Virus record (IMG/VR): IMGVR_UViG_3300034069_000920
Span: 1-48,830 of that record
Direction: 5' to 3' (one strand)
Origin: a virus
Length of the DNA stretch: 48,830 nucleotides
A model generated the notes under the pieces. The model was not told where the DNA came from. It did no database searches and was given only the letters and a program-made list of their open reading frames with translations. The position numbers and the translations under genes were made by a program. Numbering within the stretch: position 1 is the stretch's first letter; each line of letters opens with the position of its first letter. Positions 17,068-25,883 of this stretch are shown piece after piece.

Positions 17068-17430
17068 ATGGCAAATCGCATCGCCGGGGTCGCGTTCGTC
17101 GCGATCGACGGCAATTCCTATGCCCTCGCCGGCGCCGGTTCATATCAGGTCAGCGGATCCAGCCGCGAAGTCCTCAACGGGCAGGACGGGTTCCACGGCT
17201 TTTCCGAGGTTCCGCGACCGGGCATGATCAGCTGGTCGTTCCGAGATGGCGCAGAGGTCAGCATCACGGCGCTGAACGAGATGGCAGATGCGACCGTCAC
17301 GCTCGAGCTGGCCAACGGCAAGATCATCATTGCGCGCAACGCAGTGCGCATCGGCGAGCCGCTCAAGGTCAACAGCGAAGATGGCACCGGCGACATCGAG
17401 TTCTATTCGCCCGAAGTGACGGAGAACTGA
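17068..17430 (+). CDS. Tail tube protein (Mu gpM-like)
   Basis: 120 aa. The pattern AIDGNSYALAG...REVLNGQDGFHGFSEVPRPGMISWSF...TVTLELANGK fits phage tail tube proteins. Confidence 0.8.
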   Translation: MANRIAGVAFVAIDGNSYALAGAGSYQVSGSSREVLNGQDGFHGFSEVPRPGMISWSFRDGAEVSITALNEMADATVTLELANGKIIIARNAVRIGEPLKVNSEDGTGDIEFYSPEVTEN

Positions 17431-17431
17431 G

Positions 17432-17683
17432 ATGGACGACCTTCCCGATACCTTGACGATCGAGCTTCGCAAGCCGGTGACGGTAGGCGAGATTACCTGC
17501 GCCGAATTAAGGCTCCGGGAGCCAACGGCCGGCGAGATCGAGCAGTGGGATGGCCTCACCGGGATCAACGCGGACCGCAAGGCAGTTTCGGTGGTCGCTG
17601 GCGTGCCGGAGGCGATTGTCCGGCAATTGCCGGCGCGCGAGTTCTACCAAGCAGCGCGGTACATCGGCCGTTTTTTGGACTGA
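17432..17683 (+). CDS. Tail assembly chaperone, short (in-frame) form
   Basis: 83 aa. ELRLREPTAGEIEQW is typical of gpE/gpG-type chaperones. The gene lies between the tube and tape measure genes. Confidence 0.75.
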   Translation: MDDLPDTLTIELRKPVTVGEITCAELRLREPTAGEIEQWDGLTGINADRKAVSVVAGVPEAIVRQLPAREFYQAARYIGRFLD

Positions 17684-17808
17684 GACCGCCTGACTGGGGT
17701 GAGCGCTTGGATGCGCTCGCCGCACGGTACGGCAAGATGCCAGACGAGATCGCGACCCGGCCTTGGTCGACGCTGATGAAATGGTGCGCCTGGGCGGGCT
17801 TCGACTGA
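17432..17808 (+). CDS. Tail assembly chaperone, long form by -1 programmed frameshift at 17671-17677
   Basis: The -1 frame ORF (17545..17808) continues ...FFGLRPPDWGERLDALAARYGKMPDEIATRPWSTLMKWCAWAGFD and ends just before the tape measure start. Confidence 0.6.
17671..17677 (+). promoter_or_regulatory. -1 ribosomal slippery heptamer T_TTT_TTG
   Basis: The zero-frame codons are CGT TTT TTG GAC TGA. The heptamer fits X_XXY_YYZ and lies 4 nt before the zero-frame stop. Confidence 0.65.
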
Positions 17809-17818
17809 GGATTTCGCG

Positions 17819-19498
17819 ATGCCGCAAGCCAACTCGACCTTCGGCATCGACATCCGGGCGAACGACCGGACAACGCCCGGCGCGCGATCCGCAGAACGAC
17901 GCCTCGGTGCCATCCCGCGGCACGTGTCTGCGGTCAATCGTCGCTACGCCGAGGAAACCGATCGAACGACCGCGCGCACGTCGCGTAGCATCGTTCGAAC
18001 CTTCGCTCGTGTGGAGCAGGCCAGCGCGCGCGCATTTGGCGGGCGCTCGCTTACCAACGGCGTCGCCGGTCGCCTCGGCGCGATTCGAGAGGCGGCAGCG
18101 GCGGCCGGCACCGGCATGGGTGAGGCAGCGACCGCCGGCAGCGCCCTCGAGGGCGCAATGGCTGCGGTCGGCGTTGCCGGCGGCGCGGCCGTCGGGATCA
18201 TGGCGGCGGCGGCCTATGGCGCATACAAGCTGGCAGATGGCTGGGCAAAGGGCGCTGCATCGATCGGTCGAACGGCCGAGATCATCGGCGTTGCATCCAA
18301 GCAGCTTCAGGAGTTCAACGCTGCGGCCGAACGCCAAGGTGTCGACAAGGGCACTGCGACCGGCGCGCTCGGCGGCGTCTCCCAAACCCTAAACGATGCG
18401 CGGTACGGACGAAACAACGAAGCCGTGGCGTTGCTGAGCCGCCTAGGGTTGAAGCTGCAGCTCAACAAGGACGGTACGGTCGACATCGGCGCGATGCTTC
18501 CTGCGATCGCTGACGCGCTCCAGCGCCAGAACTCATCCGGGCGCCGTACGGCCGCGCGAATCCTCGGCATTTCGCAGGCCGCCCTGCCCGCCTTCACCCA
18601 GGGCGGGGCGCGGCTCTCCGCCGACATGAAGGACGCGGACAAGACCGCATACATCGCGACGCCGGGCGAGATCGAAACCGCGAAGCGCATCCAGGGCAAG
18701 CAGGCGATCGTCGGGCAGATGAAGGATCGTGCGCTCGGGACCGCCGGCGCCGCGACGGCCACGGCCGGCGAAGGGGCTCTGGATGCTGCCGTTGCGACAG
18801 GCCGGGGCGTCATCGACGGCACGGCATCGTTCGGCGGCGTCGTCAGGAACACGTTTGCGCCGGCTGCGGAGACGGTGAAACGCGCAGCGGAAGGCATTGG
18901 CCGTGCCGTCGACAGGTTTGCTGGTGCGATAAACTATGCCGGCGGCGGCGGTGGGCGGTTGACGCGAGAGGGCGCGATTTCAGAAGCCCGCAAAGGTGTG
19001 AGGCTTCGAGACAAGCTGATGATGTCCGGCTTCAACGCGACTGACGCCAATGCGCTCGCTGCCAATGCGGTTCGCGAGAGTGGCGCAAACTATCGATCAC
19101 GACAGCCTGGTGGCGGCGGTCGCGGGCTATGGCAGTGGGACGGCGCCCGCAAAGCTATCTTCAAAAGGCAAATGGGTGTTCCCGTTGAGAAATCGTCCGA
19201 AGACCAGCAGATAGCCTTCCTCAAGTGGGAGTTGGGCAATACTGAGCGCCGAGGCTGGGCAAAGGCGCATCAATATGGTCGGGATGCGAGCAACACGGCA
19301 TATGGCTTCACTCGTCATGTCGAACGTCCGAAAGAAGGTGAGCGTGACGGCCAAGAGCGTGCGGCAGTCGCGCGGGCCCTCGAAACGATACCTGTACACG
19401 TCACGGTGGACATGAAAGGCGCGCCTTCCGGTACAAAGACTACGGTCAGAGCTGGGCGCGGTCGTACACCGGCGCTAAGCCATGCCTTGGCGGATTGA
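17819..19498 (+). CDS. Tape measure protein with C-terminal tail-lysozyme-like domain
   Basis: 559 aa with Ala/Gly-rich hydrophobic segments. The C-terminus NAVRESGANYRSRQPGGGGRGLWQWDGARKAIFKRQMG...QQIAFLKWEL resembles the phage tail lysozyme domain. Confidence 0.8.
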   Translation: MPQANSTFGIDIRANDRTTPGARSAERRLGAIPRHVSAVNRRYAEETDRTTARTSRSIVRTFARVEQASARAFGGRSLTNGVAGRLGAIREAAAAAGTGMGEAATAGSALEGAMAAVGVAGGAAVGIMAAAAYGAYKLADGWAKGAASIGRTAEIIGVASKQLQEFNAAAERQGVDKGTATGALGGVSQTLNDARYGRNNEAVALLSRLGLKLQLNKDGTVDIGAMLPAIADALQRQNSSGRRTAARILGISQAALPAFTQGGARLSADMKDADKTAYIATPGEIETAKRIQGKQAIVGQMKDRALGTAGAATATAGEGALDAAVATGRGVIDGTASFGGVVRNTFAPAAETVKRAAEGIGRAVDRFAGAINYAGGGGGRLTREGAISEARKGVRLRDKLMMSGFNATDANALAANAVRESGANYRSRQPGGGGRGLWQWDGARKAIFKRQMGVPVEKSSEDQQIAFLKWELGNTERRGWAKAHQYGRDASNTAYGFTRHVERPKEGERDGQERAAVARALETIPVHVTVDMKGAPSGTKTTVRAGRGRTPALSHALAD

Positions 19499-19518
19499 CG
19501 GCAAGCGCTACCAATGAG

Positions 19519-19911
19519 CTACTTGCCCTGCACCCTGAAATTTGCAGTGACTGATTTGCTTCCCAAGTGGGCGAGGCACGAAATACCCTGAACCACGCCA
19601 TGATCTGCGAATATTCGACATTTACCGCTTGCCGGATCAGCGATCCGCGGGCGCAAATAGACACGAGCGATTGACAGATCAGAGCCCTCAGCATCGCCAG
19701 CAAAGCCTACGGGACTGCCTGATCCGTGTTTTAGAAATTGGACTAGGACGCCTTTCGATCCTGCGCCCATCGTGATGACCGCAGCGTCACAAACGACCTG
19801 TAGATCATTCGAACTCTTTGGCAGTCCCTGATATTCGCAGATTCCGTCCAAGACTTCTGGTTCATTCGGGCTGCCAGCAGCCATCAGTACAAGTGCGATC
19901 GCAAACGACAT
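19519..19911 (-). CDS. Secreted small protein (moron, antisense to the tail operon)
   Basis: 130 aa with a GGAG RBS 6 nt before the ATG. It has an N-terminal signal-like segment (MSFAIALVLMAAGSP) and 4 Cys. GC is about 51-54% by eye, against about 64% for the flanks. Confidence 0.6.
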   Translation of the reverse strand: MSFAIALVLMAAGSPNEPEVLDGICEYQGLPKSSNDLQVVCDAAVITMGAGSKGVLVQFLKHGSGSPVGFAGDAEGSDLSIARVYLRPRIADPASGKCRIFADHGVVQGISCLAHLGSKSVTANFRVQGK

Positions 19912-19996
19912 AGACGTCTCCGTTGAAGATCAGACAGTAGCACAATCGCGGTCAGCGCAAGAGTTCCTTCGCGATCCCCGCACATGATTGGAGGCG

Positions 19997-21322
19997 ATGA
20001 TGGCCCTGCTTGCTAACGACCTGCTGCCCGCTTCGTTCAGGGGCGCGCCGTTCGCGGTCCTGAACGACAGCGTTGGCGGCGGCCGCCGGCAGGCAGTGCA
20101 CACATATCCGGGCCGGGATGAGCCTTGGGCCGAGGATATGGGCCGCGCACCGCGTACCTTCTCCTTCCGTGGGTTCATCGTCACCGGTGACGTCGTACTG
20201 GCGGGTGGCCCGATCCAGTTGCAGCGCGCGCTTCTGCTCGCAGCCTTTGAGAAGAGCGGTCCCGGATTGCTTACGCATCCCACGCTCGGAATCATCAACG
20301 TTTCCGTCACGCGCTTCAATCTGGGGCAAGATCTCGGCGCCGGTCGCATGTCTGTCGTCGACGTCGAATTCGTTGAGAGCGGGAAGAAGAGCTTCCCCTC
20401 GCTCCTCTCGACAAGCTCAGGCCTGCTGTCGGCGGCGAATATCTGCAAGGTGGCACTGGCAATCGATCTGGCGCGCGGCATCTCGCTCGCGCTCGGCGCG
20501 ACCGGCGCTCCAGCAGCGGCGGCGCGTGCCGCTTCTGCATGTACGGCCCGCGTCGTCGATAGTGGCAAGGATGCGACAGCGCTCCGCAATCTGGCGAGCC
20601 AGTTGTCTGGTAATTACGGACGGTACTATCAGGGCGCCAACGGCGGCTTCTCCGCTCCTAGTGCATCCTCTGCCCAGTCTGTCGCAACGGTGGACGATCT
20701 CGTCGCCGTAGCTTCGGCGCAGCGTGCGGCGATCGCTGCCGGCGCGGGTGCAGTCGCGAGTGCCGCTGACAATCTGAATGATGCGCCAACCGTGGAAAAC
20801 CTTGCGGACGCATTGATCGGCCTGCTGGAACTGCTGCTTTCGGCCTGCGCTGATCCGGCTGACGCCGTGCGGCTTCTCTCGGATATGATCGCGAATCCGC
20901 CTTCCCTGCCAGCGTCTATGACCGGTGATGCGATCGTGCGCGCTTTTCAGCGCGCAGCGGCAGCGGCCCTGGCGGAAGCCTGCGCGCGCTACCAACCCAG
21001 TAGCTTCGACGATGCGGCGGCCTTGCTCAATCGCGTTGCGGCGTTGCTCGACGGGGTTGCTACTGCTGCGGCAGATGCTGGCGATGATGCCAGCTTCGGA
21101 GCGCTTGAAGATCTGATTGCGAAGGTTGCGCAAGACCTGCGCGCGCGCGGCGCTGATCTCGCGCCGATCGCCACCTTCACGTTGCCTGGCGCTCTACCCG
21201 ATGTGGTGTTGGCGCAGCGCCTGTATCGCGACCCGTCGCGCGCCGACCAGCTTGTCCGGCAATGCCCAGGCGTTATCAACCCGCTGTTCATGCCGGCCGC
21301 AATCCAAGCCTTGGCCGCATGA
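19997..21322 (+). CDS. DNA circulation protein (Mu gpN-like)
   Basis: LLPASFRGAPFAVLNDSVGGGRRQAVHTYPGRDEPWAEDMGRAPRTFSFRGFI is the Mu gpN N-terminal signature. A GGAGG RBS is present. The start could be ATG 19997 or ATG 20000. Confidence 0.8.
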   Translation: MMALLANDLLPASFRGAPFAVLNDSVGGGRRQAVHTYPGRDEPWAEDMGRAPRTFSFRGFIVTGDVVLAGGPIQLQRALLLAAFEKSGPGLLTHPTLGIINVSVTRFNLGQDLGAGRMSVVDVEFVESGKKSFPSLLSTSSGLLSAANICKVALAIDLARGISLALGATGAPAAAARAASACTARVVDSGKDATALRNLASQLSGNYGRYYQGANGGFSAPSASSAQSVATVDDLVAVASAQRAAIAAGAGAVASAADNLNDAPTVENLADALIGLLELLLSACADPADAVRLLSDMIANPPSLPASMTGDAIVRAFQRAAAAALAEACARYQPSSFDDAAALLNRVAALLDGVATAAADAGDDASFGALEDLIAKVAQDLRARGADLAPIATFTLPGALPDVVLAQRLYRDPSRADQLVRQCPGVINPLFMPAAIQALAA

Positions 21323-22383
21323 CCGACGACTTGACGCTTTCGGCGAATGGCCGCGATATCACTGGGTGGGAGCAAATTTCGGTTTCGCTGTACGCTGAAG
21401 CGTTCCCGCCCATGTTTGCGATCGCACTATCGTCACGCGACCCTGATACCGGGGCTGACCTGGTCGTCCGCCCGGGCGATGCCTGCACCGTGAAGCTCGG
21501 CGAGGACCTCGTCATCACGGGATACGTTGACCGGGTCGGCAACAGCGGGGGGGCAAGTGCACACGCCCTGCGGGTCGTCGGGCGAGGAAAAACGCAGGAT
21601 CTAGTCGACTGCTCGGCCGAATGGGACAGCGGCCAGATTGCAAGTGCTTCTGTGCTTGATATCGCGACGAAGCTGGCGAAACCGTACGGCATCACCGTAG
21701 CGCTCGAGAACGGCGCGAGTGTCGGCGCGATGATCCCGCAGACCAATATCACCTACGGCGAGACAGGTGCCGACATCATCCAGCGCGATGCTCGGAGCGC
21801 TGGGCTGCTCGCCTATGAAGGATCGGATGGTCACCTTCTCCTCGCGGCAGTCGGCAAGCGGCAGGCCGCGAGTGGGATCGTCTACGGCGAAAATGTTGAG
21901 GAATGGGACGTCGAACTATCGATGGACCAGCGCTATTCCGAGATCGTGTGCACGCTGCTGAGTCAGGATGTGCTCGGCGACCTGGGCGAAGGCGGATTCT
22001 TCTTCGACACGGAAACGGACCCGAACGTTCCACGTCATCGCCGCCGATATATCGTGCTGGAGCAGGCGCAAGATGCTCAGGCATTCACGATCCAGAAGGC
22101 GAAGTGGGAGGTAGCGCGCCGCGCCGGGCGCGGGCAAATCGCTACAGCGACGATCGACAGCTGGCGCGACAGTGCCGGAGGGTTGTGGATGCCGAACACC
22201 CTTGTTCCTGTCAGCTTGCCCGGGCTCCCTGCGCAGACGATACTGTGCGTCTCCGAGGTGACATTCCGGAGGGACGATAACGGCACGCACGCCGATCTCA
22301 TCCTGATGCCGCCGGCGGCGTTCGCGCCAGAACCGATCAGCCTCCAGCCTCTCGACCTATCGGACGTGAGCCCAGCCTCGTGA
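21319..22383 (+). CDS. Baseplate hub protein (Mu gpP-like)
   Basis: It has an ATGA overlap with gpN-like. MTDDLTLSANGRDITGWEQISVS...VKLGEDLVITGYVDRV is typical of the gpP/gpD-like hub family. Confidence 0.8.
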   Translation: MTDDLTLSANGRDITGWEQISVSLYAEAFPPMFAIALSSRDPDTGADLVVRPGDACTVKLGEDLVITGYVDRVGNSGGASAHALRVVGRGKTQDLVDCSAEWDSGQIASASVLDIATKLAKPYGITVALENGASVGAMIPQTNITYGETGADIIQRDARSAGLLAYEGSDGHLLLAAVGKRQAASGIVYGENVEEWDVELSMDQRYSEIVCTLLSQDVLGDLGEGGFFFDTETDPNVPRHRRRYIVLEQAQDAQAFTIQKAKWEVARRAGRGQIATATIDSWRDSAGGLWMPNTLVPVSLPGLPAQTILCVSEVTFRRDDNGTHADLILMPPAAFAPEPISLQPLDLSDVSPAS

Positions 22384-22922
22384 AGCATCTGCTCAACGCT
22401 CTGTTGCGGGTCGGGCGCGCGAAACTGGTTGACGATACGGGTCCAGTGCAACGCGTCCAGGTCGATGAAGGCGATCTCGGAAGCTACGGCGGCCGCCGGG
22501 TCATCGATAAGGTGGCGCATGTTATGCAGTTCGGCTTTTCGAGTGCGCCGCCCGAGGACGCGGAGCTCTTGCTGGGCGCGCCGGGCGGAGACCGCGCACA
22601 GACAATCGCGTTCGGGAGCAATCATCAGGCATCGCGGCCTCGCAATCTGAAGCCTGGGGATTCCTGCCAGTATGATGTGCGCGGTCAGGTCGTGAAAATG
22701 ACCGCGGAAGGTCTGATGATCGATTGCGCCGGACTGCCGGCCATCATTCGCAATTTCGCATCGCTGACCGTTCAAGGCGACATTCACGTCACGGGTGACG
22801 TGATCAGCCGATCGTCAGGCAGCCCCGTATCGCTGAACGGCCTGCGCGATGCGTATGTCGAGCACGTCCACCCCGTGACGGCGATCAACTCGCCGACCGG
22901 AAAGACCGATCACCCCGCATAA
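22380..22922 (+). CDS. Baseplate spike/assembly protein (Mu gp45-like)
   Basis: GTG start overlapping the upstream stop. Contains VQRVQVDEGD...VAHVMQFGFSS...NLKPGDSCQYD...LTVQGDIHVTGDV. Confidence 0.8.
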   Translation: MKHLLNALLRVGRAKLVDDTGPVQRVQVDEGDLGSYGGRRVIDKVAHVMQFGFSSAPPEDAELLLGAPGGDRAQTIAFGSNHQASRPRNLKPGDSCQYDVRGQVVKMTAEGLMIDCAGLPAIIRNFASLTVQGDIHVTGDVISRSSGSPVSLNGLRDAYVEHVHPVTAINSPTGKTDHPA

Positions 22923-22931
22923 GGGCAGCGC

Positions 22932-23468
22932 ATGGCCGATATTCAGACGGTCTGGAGCCCATCATTGGGCGTCGGAGACTGGTATTTCGCGGTCGCCAAG
23001 GATGGCGTCATCACCGACGAGAACGGTTTCGATATTCTCGACAGTCTTGACGCTCCGATTAACGATAGCCTGTTCGGGACCGCGAGCGACCTCACTGTCG
23101 GCAATGACCTCGGCACGGCGGTAATGATCAGCCTGTTCACCGACGCGACTGCCGGTGCTGACGATGTCATTCCTGACGGATCAGGCGATCCGCGCGGGTG
23201 GTGGGGCGACGAAGGCGAGGACCGACCCATCGGATCGAAGCTGTGGCTGCTCACACGATCAAAGCAGACGGCGACGGTTCTAGCACTCGCCAAGGCTTAC
23301 ATTGAGCAGGCGCTGCAGTGGCTCATTGATGATGGCGTCGCGACGTCAGTGGGCGTGGCGACCGAATGGAGCCGCCCCGGCTTTCTTGGCGGAATGGTCG
23401 AGATCTCCCGATCAAGCGGGCCGAGGGCTGCCGTACGATTCGATTGGGCGTGGAAGGAGCTGAACTGA
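22932..23468 (+). CDS. Baseplate protein, GP46 family (Mu gp46-like)
   Basis: Contains DIQTVWSP..GVGDW, LGTAVMISLFTD, DPRGWWGDE and GSKLWLLTRSKQT. Confidence 0.8.
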   Translation: MADIQTVWSPSLGVGDWYFAVAKDGVITDENGFDILDSLDAPINDSLFGTASDLTVGNDLGTAVMISLFTDATAGADDVIPDGSGDPRGWWGDEGEDRPIGSKLWLLTRSKQTATVLALAKAYIEQALQWLIDDGVATSVGVATEWSRPGFLGGMVEISRSSGPRAAVRFDWAWKELN

Positions 23469-24640
23469 TGCCATTTCCCCGCCCCACGCTGACCCAGTTG
23501 AAAGACCGTGTTGCAGCAGACATAGCGACGGGCCTGCAAGGCACCTCGGCGCTGTTGCGCTATTCAAACCTCGGCGTGCTCGGGAAGGTGTTCGCGAAGG
23601 CGGTCAACGGCCTATACGGCTATCTCGACTGGATCGCGTTACAGGCGAACCCGACCACCGCGACCGGCGAATATGCGATCGCCTGGGGCGCGTTGAAGGG
23701 GAAGTTCATCGAGCCAGCAGCGGCGGCTGGCGGTATCGTCACCTTCAACGGCAACAACGGCGTCACTATCCCGACCGGGACGCCGCTCGTGCGCAATAGC
23801 GACGGAGCGACCTTCACTACCGTCGCGGATGTGACGATCACAAATGGGAGCGCATCGGCGACAGTTATTGCGGGCACCGCAGGGGCGATTGGCAATAGCA
23901 CGCCAGGGACAAGCTTCTCGCTCGGGATCGGCATCGCTGGCGTCATCTCCAGTGTGGTCGCGATTACCGGATTGGGCGGTGGTGCAGACGTTGAGACAAT
24001 CGACGCGTTCAAGGCTCGATACCTGCAGGCTTATGCCGCTCCTGCGCAAGGCGGCGCCGAGCCAGATTACCTGCAATGGGCGGATGTCGTGCCTGGCGTC
24101 ACGCGTGTGTGGGTTCTCCGCCACGGCATGGGCCCGGGGACGGTCGTCGTCTATTTCATGATGGATATCGTGCGCGCCTCAAGCGGTGGGTTCCCGCAGG
24201 GGGTCGATGGAGTAGCAGCGCTGGAACCGCGCGACATCGCAGCCAGCGGCGATCAATTGCTGGTCGCAGATGCGATCTATCCGGTGCAGCCGGTCACGGC
24301 TCTGGTTTATGCGGCCAGCCCCGGCCGGAACGCGATAACACTGACGATAGCCGGTATTTCCGGCGCTACGTCGGCAACCAAAATGGCGATATCGGCGGCG
24401 GCGGCAGCAGCGATCGCAGCTTCGTCGAGCCCGGGCGGGGTGACCCTGTCGGATGGCTCGCCCGGTGGCGTCACGTATATGTCGGCGATCGAGCGGGCGA
24501 TCTCCGCAATTCCCGCCGCGGCCGGGTTCGTCATCACTGCAGTCGCATCGAGCGATGGGGCAGTGTCACCAGGCGCTGCGGGGAACGTCACCTCTAACAC
24601 CGGGTATCTCGCCACGCTCGACGCGGTCACATACATCTGA
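23468..24640 (+). CDS. Baseplate J-like protein (Mu gp47-like)
   Basis: The internal ATG (MPFPRPTLTQLKDRVAADI) overlaps the upstream stop by 1 nt. The J-like pattern continues with ...ATGEYAIAWGALKG...GIVTFNGNNGVTIPTGTPL. Confidence 0.8.
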   Translation: MPFPRPTLTQLKDRVAADIATGLQGTSALLRYSNLGVLGKVFAKAVNGLYGYLDWIALQANPTTATGEYAIAWGALKGKFIEPAAAAGGIVTFNGNNGVTIPTGTPLVRNSDGATFTTVADVTITNGSASATVIAGTAGAIGNSTPGTSFSLGIGIAGVISSVVAITGLGGGADVETIDAFKARYLQAYAAPAQGGAEPDYLQWADVVPGVTRVWVLRHGMGPGTVVVYFMMDIVRASSGGFPQGVDGVAALEPRDIAASGDQLLVADAIYPVQPVTALVYAASPGRNAITLTIAGISGATSATKMAISAAAAAAIAASSSPGGVTLSDGSPGGVTYMSAIERAISAIPAAAGFVITAVASSDGAVSPGAAGNVTSNTGYLATLDAVTYI

Positions 24641-25248
24641 TGGCTGCCCGCTACCGCGCAGCCGACTATCTCTCGGCATTGCGATCCCTACTGCCGCGTG
24701 GGCGGGTCTGGCCAGCAGATGCCGACAGCATGCAAGCCCAGGTCCTTGCGTGCATGGCACCTACTTTGGAGAGGGTCGACGCCGCCGCGATCGCGCTCAT
24801 CGCCGATACTTTCCCTGCATCGACGACAAACTTCATCGATGAATGGGACGCGGCACTTGGCCTGCCGGATCCCTGCCTCGGCGAGAACCCGACACTTGAG
24901 CAGAAGCGCGCGCAGATCGTTGCTCGGCTCATCGCGCCAGGCGGGCAATCGGCGCAGTTCTATATCGATTATGCCGCGGCCCTCGGTTTCGAAATCGCCA
25001 TCACCGCTTTCGCGCCATTCCGCGCGGGTCGGAGCCGAGCCGGTGATACTCTTGGCGGCGACGCGGCTCCCTTCACATGGTTGGTGACGATCCTGTCGGA
25101 CGCGAGCAGCGCGAAGAATGCCGCCTTTCGCGCCGGACAAGGTCATGCCGGTGACCCGCTTTCCTCGGCCGCAGCATCGCATTCCACCCTGCTTTGCGAG
25201 CTGAACCGCATTGCACCGGCGCACACCGTCCTGCTCTTCACTTACTGA
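24640..25248 (+). CDS. Tail protein, DUF2313 (Mu gp48-like)
   Basis: Contains YLSALRSLLPRGRVWPADADS...FIDEWDAALGLPDPC. Confidence 0.8.
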   Translation: MAARYRAADYLSALRSLLPRGRVWPADADSMQAQVLACMAPTLERVDAAAIALIADTFPASTTNFIDEWDAALGLPDPCLGENPTLEQKRAQIVARLIAPGGQSAQFYIDYAAALGFEIAITAFAPFRAGRSRAGDTLGGDAAPFTWLVTILSDASSAKNAAFRAGQGHAGDPLSSAAASHSTLLCELNRIAPAHTVLLFTY

Positions 25249-25261
25249 TCCGGAGAACTTC

Positions 25262-25825
25262 ATGCAGCGCATCGACGTCGGAACGGCTGTTGCCGTTCTG
25301 CCAACCCCGGCTGCCGCCGGAACGCCTGGGTTTTTCACGGAGGGCGATCCGGTTGGCGGCATCGCACCGACGATCGTGAGCGGCGACTGGCTGAACATGG
25401 TTCAGGAAGAGCTAATCGGCGTGGTCGTGAAGAGCGGACTCACGCCTTCTAAGACGAACCGCACTCAGTTGCTCACCTCAATAATCGCACTGATCGTTGG
25501 CGCCGACGGCAGCAACATTGGGTCGGAAGGTTCGATATCGTTGGCTGGCGGTCTGCTGGTCGCGAAATGGGGAACGGTCACGATCGCTCCTTCGCAAAGT
25601 GCCACTACGTCAGTTGCGCACCCATACCCTGTACCATTCCCGGCGGAGAGCTTCGGTGTACTCGGCACGCCGAAAGCCGCCACAGCAGCGGGCGGATGGA
25701 ACCCGATCACCTCGTTCGTGCCCCTTTCCGACAAAAATGGTTTCACGGTGGTGATCGATAGCACTGATCCTGGCCATTTCGTGCTCCAACCGGTGCCTTA
25801 TTTTTACATCGCGCTCGGCAGGTAA
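25262..25825 (+). CDS. Tail fibre protein (short; gp53-like C-terminal domain)
   Basis: Start at MQRIDVG. The N-terminal motif GTPGFFTEGDPVGGIAPTIVSGDWLNMVQEEL is common to phage tail fibres. The C-terminus reads ...PVPFPAESFGVLG...KNGFTVVI. Confidence 0.7.
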   Translation: MQRIDVGTAVAVLPTPAAAGTPGFFTEGDPVGGIAPTIVSGDWLNMVQEELIGVVVKSGLTPSKTNRTQLLTSIIALIVGADGSNIGSEGSISLAGGLLVAKWGTVTIAPSQSATTSVAHPYPVPFPAESFGVLGTPKAATAAGGWNPITSFVPLSDKNGFTVVIDSTDPGHFVLQPVPYFYIALGR

Positions 25826-25883
25826 CCACCAGCCGCCTTCCTAGCAGCAGCCTGCCCCACGCCGGCTTTCGAGTGAGCGCGCC

